The notes beneath the pieces were generated by a model, which saw only the letters and a list, made by a program, of their open reading frames with translations, was not told the DNA's origin and did no database searches. From Candidatus Pacearchaeota archaeon (GTDB lineage Bacteria; Patescibacteriota; Minisyncoccia; Minisyncoccales; GCA-002788555), in NCBI GenBank assembly GCA_035349995.1, contig DAOPTN010000002.1, positions 1 through 41,034 of the forward strand: 41,034 nt of DNA. The letters run 5' to 3'. A program made the translations under genes and the position numbers. This document shows positions 7,638 through 14,920 of this stretch, in pieces; position 1 is the stretch's first letter; each line of letters opens with the position of its first letter.

Positions 7638-8915
7638 ATGTCTCTTTATCTTGAAGAATTTTTAAATCTTTTATTATCTCTTTGGTGGTTATGGCTGGCA
7701 ATTTTGCTATTTCCCCTAGCAAAATATTTTTTTGTGTGGGCAAAAAAAGACCATTGGTTTGGATCTCTTAAATATAAAATGCTGGAAATCAAAATTCCAG
7801 AAGAAATAGAAAAAACCCCAAAAGCAATGGAAAATGTTTTTCATTCAATGTGGGGAATGTATGATCCTCCCTCCAACATTAGAGATTATTGGCTGGACGG
7901 AAAGGATATGCTTTATTACAGCTTTGAAATTGTTGGCAGACAAGACGAGGTTCATTTTTATATTATGGCGCCCAATACCCATGTTCAATTGGTAAAATCC
8001 TCTATATGGGCAGAATATCCAGAGGCGGAAATTAAGGAAGTAGAAGATTATATAAATAACTTTGGTAAAGAAGTGCCTAACGAGGATTATGATTTATGGG
8101 GTACAGATTTAAAATTGGCAAAACCAGATGCTTATCCCATTAGAACCTATGATTATTGGGAAACAGAATTAACAAAGGATGAAAAAAAAATTGATCCACT
8201 GGCCGCTCTTTTTGAGGCATTTGGCGATCTTAAAGAGGGAGAAGAAGTATGGGTTCAATTAAAAGTTGCACCTGTAACAGAAGATGAGCACCCCTATCTT
8301 GCAGAAAGTCAAAAAGTGATAAATAAGATAATGAAAAGACCTGAAACTAAGAAAAAAGGCATTTTAGCTCCCTTGGGTCTTTCAAGAATTCCTTCTGATG
8401 TGTGGACAGTTCTTATTGAAGGAAAACCTATTCCACCAGCAATGGAAGAAGAATTGCCAGATGGATTTGATATTGGATTAATGAAATTAAGTCCTGGTGA
8501 AGCAGAGGCCCTGCGAGCAATTGAAGATAATCTAGGAAAATATGTTTATGAAGGAAATGTTCGATTTTTATATATTGCCAAGCACGATATTATTTCAAAA
8601 CCAAGAGGAATAACAACAGTAATGTCTGCGTTTAATCAGTTTGCTACTGTTAATCTAAATTCTTTAAAACCAGACAGAAGTAAAACTTCAGTAATTCCAT
8701 GGTTTTTTGAGGGACGTCGTCTTTATGTTAAAAAGCGCCGTATTTTCAGATATTACACAGGAAGAGCTTGGCCCTGGCATCGATCACCTTATATTTTTTC
8801 TACAGCTGAACTAGCCACAATGTATCATTTCCCTGGAAAAGGAGTTGCGCCTTCAACCGCTGTTCCGCGAGTAGAGATAAAAAGAGGAGAAATACCACCC
8901 AACCTTCCTACTTAA
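7638..8915 (+). CDS. Uncharacterized membrane-anchored protein (N-terminal TM region plus a large soluble domain), partner of the downstream T4CP-like ATPase
   Basis: Long ORF with a hydrophobic N-terminus (LLLSLWWLWLAILLFPLAKYFFVWA). I recognise no catalytic motif. It lies 16 nt upstream of the ATPase gene. Confidence 0.75.
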   Translation: MSLYLEEFLNLLLSLWWLWLAILLFPLAKYFFVWAKKDHWFGSLKYKMLEIKIPEEIEKTPKAMENVFHSMWGMYDPPSNIRDYWLDGKDMLYYSFEIVGRQDEVHFYIMAPNTHVQLVKSSIWAEYPEAEIKEVEDYINNFGKEVPNEDYDLWGTDLKLAKPDAYPIRTYDYWETELTKDEKKIDPLAALFEAFGDLKEGEEVWVQLKVAPVTEDEHPYLAESQKVINKIMKRPETKKKGILAPLGLSRIPSDVWTVLIEGKPIPPAMEEELPDGFDIGLMKLSPGEAEALRAIEDNLGKYVYEGNVRFLYIAKHDIISKPRGITTVMSAFNQFATVNLNSLKPDRSKTSVIPWFFEGRRLYVKKRRIFRYYTGRAWPWHRSPYIFSTAELATMYHFPGKGVAPSTAVPRVEIKRGEIPPNLPT

Positions 8916-8931
8916 AAACTTTAAAAAAATT

Positions 8932-10359
8932 ATGGAAGAAAAAGAAAAAGTTGTTCATTTTGCTAAAACAGTTTATCATGACAGAGAAAAAGAATTTGGA
9001 ATTAAAACCGATGATAGACGGCGTCATATTTATATCGTAGGAAAAACTGGAATGGGAAAAAGCTGTCTTTTGGAGAATATGGCAATTCAGGATATTCAAA
9101 ATGGTCAAGGTGTTGGCATCGTTGATCCCCATGGAGAGTTAGCTGAAAAACTGCTTGATTTTGTACCGAAAAATAGAATCAATGATGTAATTTATTTTAA
9201 TCCAGCAGATCTTGATTATCCTATTGCTTTTAATGTAATGGAAAAAGTAGAATTTACTCACCGTCATTTGGTTTCAGCAGGACTTCTGGGTGTGTTTAAA
9301 AAAATTTGGCCCGATGTATGGAGCGCTCGAATGGAATATATTTTAAATAATACTATTTTATCTCTGCTTGAGGTACCAGGTACTACCCTGCTTGGAATAA
9401 ATAGAATGCTGTCAGATAAGGATTATAGAAAAATGATTGTTGATAGAATTACTGATCCTGCTATTAAATCATTCTGGATAAGAGAATTTGCTCAATATCC
9501 TCCTAAGTTTAGAGAAGAAGCCATTGCTCCTATTCAAAATAAAGTGGGTCAATTTATTTCTTCGCCAATGATTAGAAATATTGTTGGTCAAGTAAAGTCT
9601 ACTATTAATATGAGAGAAGTAATGGACGAGAAAAAAATTCTCATTTTAAATCTTTCTAAGGGTAGAATTGGCGAGGATCCTGCAAAATTATTGGGAGCAC
9701 TGTTGGTTACAAAACTTCAATTGGCGGCGATGTCACGAATTGATATACCAGAAGAAGAAAGAAAAGATTTCTTTTTATATGTAGATGAATTTCAAAATTT
9801 CGCCACTGAAGCGTTTGTAACCATTTTGTCTGAAGCAAGAAAATATCGGCTTTGTCTCACCCTTGCTCATCAATACATTGCACAAATGGAAGAAGTGGTA
9901 AGAGATGCAGTATTTGGTAATGTAGGCACTATTATTGCTTTTCGTGTCGGAGCCCCTGATGCTGAATTTTTAGAAAAAGAGTTTGAACCAGAGATTAATC
10001 TATATAATCTTGTTAATTTACCAAAATATAATATATATTTAAAATTAATGATAGATGGAGTTACGTCCCGGCCTTTTGCTGCGGTTACTCTTCCTCCCCT
10101 TCCAAAACCTGAAAAAAGTTACAAAGAAAAAATTATAAAATTGTCTCGAGAACGATATGGAACAGAAAGAGAAAAAGTTGAACAAAAAATTGCTCGATGG
10201 ATGGGAAATCAAGAAACAAAAAAGATTATTGAAAGAGAGAAAGAAGAGAAAAATCTACAAAAAAAAGAAATTTCTTTAAAAGAATTATCCAACCAAAAAC
10301 GAGAAGAACCTGATAAAAATAAATTAAAAAAAGCGTTAGAGGAAGCAAAGAAAAAATAA
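8932..10359 (+). CDS. Type IV coupling protein-like (VirD4/TraD/TraG, HerA-FtsK superfamily) P-loop ATPase, soluble form
   Basis: Walker A IVGKTGMGKS followed by VDPHGEL. Walker B FFLYVDEFQNF. Arginine-containing LAHQY block. Lys/Glu-rich C-terminal tail. No TM segment. Confidence 0.8.
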   Translation: MEEKEKVVHFAKTVYHDREKEFGIKTDDRRRHIYIVGKTGMGKSCLLENMAIQDIQNGQGVGIVDPHGELAEKLLDFVPKNRINDVIYFNPADLDYPIAFNVMEKVEFTHRHLVSAGLLGVFKKIWPDVWSARMEYILNNTILSLLEVPGTTLLGINRMLSDKDYRKMIVDRITDPAIKSFWIREFAQYPPKFREEAIAPIQNKVGQFISSPMIRNIVGQVKSTINMREVMDEKKILILNLSKGRIGEDPAKLLGALLVTKLQLAAMSRIDIPEEERKDFFLYVDEFQNFATEAFVTILSEARKYRLCLTLAHQYIAQMEEVVRDAVFGNVGTIIAFRVGAPDAEFLEKEFEPEINLYNLVNLPKYNIYLKLMIDGVTSRPFAAVTLPPLPKPEKSYKEKIIKLSRERYGTEREKVEQKIARWMGNQETKKIIEREKEEKNLQKKEISLKELSNQKREEPDKNKLKKALEEAKKK

Positions 10360-10379
10360 AAAGGATAATTATTGATAAT

Positions 10380-10871
10380 ATGTCTGATTATTTTCAAAGT
10401 CCTACTTATGGTAAAATGAGCCTTAATCAAGTTATTGATAGTTTGATCGATTTTATTTTAAAAAACCCTGATGATATTTATCAATTAATTGTGGGTACTG
10501 ATTCTGAGGGAAAAGAAGATCCTGAGTTTGTTACAGCGATTGTTTTGCATCGTAAAGGCAAAGGAGGACGATTTTTCTATCAAAGATCAAGAACTGGAAA
10601 GAAATACACTTTGCGAACTAGAATTTATGAAGAAACAATGAAATCTTTAACATTAGCAGTAAAATTAAGAGAATTATTGGAAAAACATTTACAAAAAAAT
10701 CATCCTCACAACTTAAAAGATCTTGAAATTCATACTGATATTGGGCAGGCAGGTGGCACGAGGGAAATGATTAAAGAAATAGTAGGAATGATAAAAGGAA
10801 ATGGTTTTGAAGTTAAAATTAAACCTGAATCATTCGGAGCAACTTCAGTAGCAGACCGTTGTTTGAGATAA
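10380..10871 (+). CDS. DUF458/YkuK family RNase H-like protein
   Basis: The YkuK-family pattern as I recall it: QSPTYGKMSLNQV, LIVGTDSEG, FVTAIVLHRKGKGGRFFY, EIHTDIGQAGGT, KIKPESFGATSVADR. Confidence 0.8.
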   Translation: MSDYFQSPTYGKMSLNQVIDSLIDFILKNPDDIYQLIVGTDSEGKEDPEFVTAIVLHRKGKGGRFFYQRSRTGKKYTLRTRIYEETMKSLTLAVKLRELLEKHLQKNHPHNLKDLEIHTDIGQAGGTREMIKEIVGMIKGNGFEVKIKPESFGATSVADRCLR

Positions 10872-10885
10872 ATATTAATTAATAT

Positions 10886-11377
10886 ATGAGATTTAATTTT
10901 TTTCAAAAAGATAAGCAATTGCCAGATCAAAAAGAAGTAATTTTTGAATGGAAAAATGATGTTAAAGAAGTTATTGATAAACGATGGCAAATAGGAATAA
11001 GTATTTTTTTAATTATTTGTTTTGTTTTTTTTATAATGGATAAAAATTATTGGGGAGCGGGAATGGTGATTGTTATTAGTTTTTTAATCTTTTTATTCCC
11101 TTATTATCAAAAAGAACAGTCATTTGCTATTTTGAAAAACGGCATTAAAATAGGAAATGAGGTGTTTCCTTGGGATTATCTTGAAAGTTTTTGGATAATC
11201 GAAGAAGAACCATTTGAAATTTACATCAAACATAAAAGAAACTTTCCAGGCAATATTATTCTCCCCTTTAATAAAAAAGATGTTAATAAAATTAAACATA
11301 TTCTTTCAGGTTATTTGCCAGAACAAGAAATTAAAAGAAATTTTATTGATAAAGTTTTTAGAAAAATCGGATTGTAA
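10886..11377 (+). CDS. Small membrane protein, two TM helices plus a C-terminal bPH-like domain (tentative)
   Basis: Two adjacent hydrophobic helices (ISIFLIICFVFFI, MVIVISFLIFLF) followed by a roughly 90-aa soluble tail. Operonic spacing. Confidence 0.6.
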   Translation: MRFNFFQKDKQLPDQKEVIFEWKNDVKEVIDKRWQIGISIFLIICFVFFIMDKNYWGAGMVIVISFLIFLFPYYQKEQSFAILKNGIKIGNEVFPWDYLESFWIIEEEPFEIYIKHKRNFPGNIILPFNKKDVNKIKHILSGYLPEQEIKRNFIDKVFRKIGL

Positions 11378-11380
11378 AAT

Positions 11381-11452
11381 GCCCTCGTAGTTTAACGGAT
11401 AGAACAGGGGCTTGCGGAGCCTCAAATAGGGGTTCGATTCCTCTCGAGGGCA
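11381..11452 (+). tRNA. tRNA-Arg, anticodon GCG
   Basis: Hand-folded cloverleaf. Acceptor GCCCTCG/CGAGGGC, D stem GTTT/GAAC, anticodon stem GGGGC/GCCTC, loop TT-GCG-GA (U33, G37), T arm AGGGG-TTCGATT-CCTCT, discriminator A. CCA is not encoded. Confidence 0.85.
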
Positions 11453-11459
11453 AAATTAA

Positions 11460-11488
11460 ATGATAGGATAATTCCCTATCATTTTTTA
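11460..11488 (+). terminator. Rho-independent terminator after tRNA-Arg
   Basis: atgatagg-ataattc-cctatcat followed by ttttt. Confidence 0.7.
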
Positions 11489-11534
11489 TTTAAGCATCTT
11501 TTAATAAAATTTATTATAGATTATAATAATTATT

Positions 11535-13760
11535 ATGAAACTTGATCAACCAATTGAATCTTTTCGTTATGTGGGACCTGTATATTTAAAACGATTGCAG
11601 CGATTGGGTATAAAAACCATTGGTGATCTTTTTTATCACTTTCCTTTTCGTTATGATGATTTTTCTAATGTAAAAAAGATCAATGAATTAAAGATTGGCG
11701 AAGAAGTAACAATTGAGGGAAAAATAAAAGAGATTAAAACTAGAAGAAGTCCTGTAAGAAAAATGTTTTTAACAGAGGCATTAATAGAAGACGAAAGTGG
11801 AGCAATAAAATGTATTTGGTTCAATCAACCCTATCTTGCTCAAACCTTGCCCAAGGGAACAAAAGCGCGTTTTGCTGGCAAAATAAAAGAATCTAAAAAT
11901 AGTATTTTCTTTTCTAGTCCGGTTTATGAAATAATTGAATCCCCTTCTAATCATTCAAACGAAGCTACTCTTATTCATACCGAAGGTTTGGTTCCAGTGT
12001 ATCCTGAAACAGAAGGAATAAGTTCTCGCTGGTTACGCCGATTAATCTATCAATTATTGCAAAAATATGCTCAAGAAATAGAAGAATTTTTACCGGAAGA
12101 GATATTAAAAAAGAAAGGATTTCCCAAAATCAGTACAGCTTTTTTTCAAATCCATTTTCCTAGAACCAAAGAAGAAGCAGAAATTGCTAAAAAAAGATTT
12201 GCGTTTGAAGAACTTTTTTTAATTCAACTTTTTTACCAAAAACAGAAAAAAAATCTTAAACAAAAATCAGCACCAAAAATTATTCCTAAAATTGAATATA
12301 TTGAAAAATTTAAAACAAACCTTCCTTTTTCTTTTACTGAGGATCAAAAAAAAGTAATGAGAGAAATTTTAGATGATATGCAAAAAGGAGTTCCAATGTC
12401 CCGCTTATTGGAAGGAGAGGTGGGTTCTGGAAAAACTGTAGTAGCGGCCCTTGTCTCTTTTGTAACAGCAAAAAATGGTTATCAAGTAGCTATAATGGCT
12501 CCCACTGAAATTTTAGCAGAACAACATTTCAAAGAACTAATAAAATTATTTAAGGGACTTGACGTTTCTCTTGGATTATTAACTAGCGCTGGCACAAGAA
12601 TATTTGATAAAAATCAGGAAACCTTATTGACGCCCCAGTCAAAAGATGAAAACCTTGATAAAAAAACAAAAGAAGAAGATTTTTTAAAAATGATAAAAAA
12701 GGGGGCAATTGATATTGTGATTGGCACTCATAGTTTGATTCAAGAACGGGTAATTTTTAAAAATCTAGGTTTGGTAGTGATTGACGAGCAACATAGATTT
12801 GGCGTGGAACAACGAGCAAAACTTTTACGTAATCCCAAAATTTTAAATTCTCAATTAAATAACGATTCTTTAAACCAATTAATTCCTCATTCTTTATCAA
12901 TGACAGCGACACCAATTCCTCGTACTTTAGCTTTGGCTCTTTATGGAGATCTTTCAATTTCTCAAATTAAACAATTGCCAAAGGGCAGAAAAAAAATTAT
13001 TACAAAAGTAGTTAGTTCAAGAGATTCAGCAAGAAATAAGGTATATGAATTTTTAAGGCAAGAAGTGAAAAAAGGCCATCAGGGATTTGTGGTGTGTCCC
13101 CTAATCGAAGAATCTAAAAAGTTAGCTCGTCCATCAACAAAATCTCAGTTTGGAGTTTATCTTTCATTAGTAGAGGTAAAAGCGGCAGAAAAAGAATTTA
13201 AACGGCTCAAAGAAAAAATTTTTCCAGATCTTCGGTTAGGTCTTCTGCACGGTAGAATGAAACAAAAAGAAAAAGAAGAAGTAATGAGGGCATTTAAAAA
13301 CGGAGAAATTCAAATTTTAGTATCGACGCCAGTAGTGGAAGTAGGCATTGATGTACCCAATGCTACAGTAATGATTATTGAAGGAGCAGATCGATTTGGA
13401 CTATCTCAATTATATCAATTTAGGGGCAGAGTGGGACGAGGAGAAGAACAAAGTTATTGTTTTCTATTTACAGAATCTTCTGCTAAAAGAACCAAACAAA
13501 GATTAAATGCTATTGTTTCTGCTGAAAATGCTTTCGAATTGGCTGAAAAAGATTTAAAAATTCGTGGACCTGGTGATTTTATCGGAACACGACAATCAGG
13601 AATACCCGATTTGGCAATGGCTTCTTTACTAGATGTTTCCTTGGTAGAAGAAGTAAAAAAAGAAGTTGAAGATATTTTAAAAAAGGACCCTGATTTTAAG
13701 AATTATCCTTCTTTACAAAAAAAGATGGAGGAATTCAAAGAAAAGGTATTCTTAGAATAA
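11535..13760 (+). CDS. recG: ATP-dependent DNA helicase RecG
   Basis: N-terminal wedge/OB region, helicase motif I GEVGSGKT, motif II VIDEQHRFGVEQR and the C-terminal QLYQFRGRVGRG block. Confidence 0.9.
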   Translation: MKLDQPIESFRYVGPVYLKRLQRLGIKTIGDLFYHFPFRYDDFSNVKKINELKIGEEVTIEGKIKEIKTRRSPVRKMFLTEALIEDESGAIKCIWFNQPYLAQTLPKGTKARFAGKIKESKNSIFFSSPVYEIIESPSNHSNEATLIHTEGLVPVYPETEGISSRWLRRLIYQLLQKYAQEIEEFLPEEILKKKGFPKISTAFFQIHFPRTKEEAEIAKKRFAFEELFLIQLFYQKQKKNLKQKSAPKIIPKIEYIEKFKTNLPFSFTEDQKKVMREILDDMQKGVPMSRLLEGEVGSGKTVVAALVSFVTAKNGYQVAIMAPTEILAEQHFKELIKLFKGLDVSLGLLTSAGTRIFDKNQETLLTPQSKDENLDKKTKEEDFLKMIKKGAIDIVIGTHSLIQERVIFKNLGLVVIDEQHRFGVEQRAKLLRNPKILNSQLNNDSLNQLIPHSLSMTATPIPRTLALALYGDLSISQIKQLPKGRKKIITKVVSSRDSARNKVYEFLRQEVKKGHQGFVVCPLIEESKKLARPSTKSQFGVYLSLVEVKAAEKEFKRLKEKIFPDLRLGLLHGRMKQKEKEEVMRAFKNGEIQILVSTPVVEVGIDVPNATVMIIEGADRFGLSQLYQFRGRVGRGEEQSYCFLFTESSAKRTKQRLNAIVSAENAFELAEKDLKIRGPGDFIGTRQSGIPDLAMASLLDVSLVEEVKKEVEDILKKDPDFKNYPSLQKKMEEFKEKVFLE

Positions 13761-13767
13761 AAAAAAA

Positions 13768-13795
13768 CACCCTTTGCGGTCAAGGGGTGTTTTTA
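13768..13795 (+). terminator. Rho-independent terminator after recG
   Basis: caccctt t-gcggtc-aaggggtg is an 8-bp stem with one G-U, followed by ttttt. Confidence 0.7.
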
Positions 13796-13813
13796 ACTAA
13801 TTTAATAAAATAA

Positions 13814-13884
13814 CGGCGCATATGGGAGTCGAACCCATCTTGCCAGATTGAAAGCCTGGTGTCCTGCCGATAGACGAATGCGCC
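13814..13884 (-). tRNA. tRNA-Glu, anticodon UUC
   Basis: The reverse complement folds as GGCGCAT/ATGCGCC acceptor, anticodon stem CCAGG/TCTGG, loop CT-TTC-AA, T arm ATGGG-TTCGACT-CCCAT. Confidence 0.85.
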
Positions 13885-13895
13885 AGTAAAGTATT

Positions 13896-14507
13896 TTACC
13901 TTTTTTGAAATAATTTTACAAGTGTCATACCAGCAAAAAATCCAATAATATGTGCGCCAGTTGCAACATTAGGATCTGTTAAAAAAAATTGGGAAAAGAT
14001 CCAAATAAAAAGAAAAATAATGGCTGGAACTCTAATAGTAGTAAAAAAAAATCCAATAGGAATTAGGGTTCTAATTTGATTTCGTGGAAAAATTACAAAG
14101 TATCCACCTAGTATTCCAGCAATAGCTCCCGATGCACCAATCACAGGAATATTTTTTTCTTCAGTAACAAAACAATAACCAACAGCAGCTAAAACACCAC
14201 ATAAAAGATAAAAAAATAAAAAACGTGCTTTTCCTAAGGTTGATTCTAAATTATCACCAAAAATCCACAAAAACCACATATTGCCAATAAGATGGGCAAA
14301 TCCACTGTGTAAAAACATAGAGGTAAAAATGGTTTGAAGATTTTTTCCTGCCAAAATATCTTGAGGTACCATTCCAAATACTTCAACTACTGTTTCTAGA
14401 TTGAATAAAGTGAAAAGAAAAATGAGAATATTTAAAAAAATTAATCCACTAGTAACAATTGGAGTTTTATGCCTATACTGATGAGTTTCATCATAAAGAG
14501 GAAACAT
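13896..14507 (-). CDS. Rhomboid family intramembrane serine protease
   Basis: Polytopic protein with HSGFAHLIGNMWFLWIFG, catalytic GASGAIAGILGG (GxSG) and a downstream His (GAHIIGFFAG). Confidence 0.9.
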   Translation of the reverse strand: MFPLYDETHQYRHKTPIVTSGLIFLNILIFLFTLFNLETVVEVFGMVPQDILAGKNLQTIFTSMFLHSGFAHLIGNMWFLWIFGDNLESTLGKARFLFFYLLCGVLAAVGYCFVTEEKNIPVIGASGAIAGILGGYFVIFPRNQIRTLIPIGFFFTTIRVPAIIFLFIWIFSQFFLTDPNVATGAHIIGFFAGMTLVKLFQKR

Positions 14508-14574
14508 AAACTTTTATTTTGTAAAAGAAGTTCCAAGATTAAAATTCTAAATACAAAATAAATCTTATTATCGC

Positions 14575-14720
14575 TTGCCGCGCTGCGCTACCGTTTAACG
14601 TCTTACGGTAAACGTTGGCGTTGCGCGTAAACTATTAAATTCCAAATCACAAATTCCAATTTTCAATCAAATTCCAAGCTCAGCGAAGCCGAGCGAAGGG
14701 CGAAAAGAACGAAGTTCTTT
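14575..14720. repeat. Second GC-enriched structured island
   Basis: Local GC is clearly above background. Contains an imperfect hairpin cgtttaacgtcttacggtaaacg, a 7-bp hairpin aaagaac-gaa-gttcttt (14704-14720) and gcgaag/gagcgaag repeats. Confidence 0.6.
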
Positions 14721-14732
14721 AAGCTCTAAATC

Positions 14733-14781
14733 CTAATGTTCAATGGTGTTGTACACTTTTGTTTAGAATTTTGAACATTAG
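14733..14781. repeat. 11-bp perfect inverted repeat ctaatgttcaa / ttgaacattag with a 27-nt spacer
   Basis: Read directly at 14733-14743 and 14771-14781. Confidence 0.75.
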
Positions 14782-14834
14782 AATTTGATTGGTCATTGGT
14801 TATTGGAGCTTGGAAATTTATGTAATAATAATTT

Positions 14835-14884
14835 CTGTTTTCTGATTTCTGACAACTGATTTCTATTTAGTGTTTAGTATTTGT
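14835..14884 (-). repeat. Right copy of the approximately 50-bp inverted repeat (partner at 6076-6126)
   Basis: Reverse complement is acaaatactaaacactaaatagaaatcagttgtcagaaatcagaaaacag, about 90% identical to 6076-6126. Confidence 0.85.
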
Positions 14885-14918
14885 TTGGAATTTGGAGTTT
14901 GGAGTTTGGAGTTTGGAA
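14884..14918 (+). repeat. Tandem heptad microsatellite (TTTGGAR)x5
   Basis: tttggaa tttggag tttggag tttggag tttggaa, directly downstream of the S41 peptidase stop. Confidence 0.85.
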
Positions 14919-14920
14919 AT

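Noticed and set aside
8932-10359. Classical conjugative T4SS or ICE because of the VirD4/TraD-like ATPase
   Set aside because: No VirB4, VirB6, relaxase, pilin or integrase appears in the 41 kb, and both flanks are housekeeping genes. Calling it a conjugation locus would be unsupported.
6076-14884. IR-flanked block as a transposon or integrative element
   Set aside because: The block has no transposase, integrase or recombinase, and I could identify no direct target-site duplication. The cargo includes core genes (recG, tRNAs, rhomboid). Kept only as an inversion or repeat-boundary hypothesis.
14884-14918. CRISPR-like array from short tandem repeats
   Set aside because: The units are 7 bp, contiguous and without spacers, and there are no cas genes. 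This is a microsatellite, not a CRISPR array.
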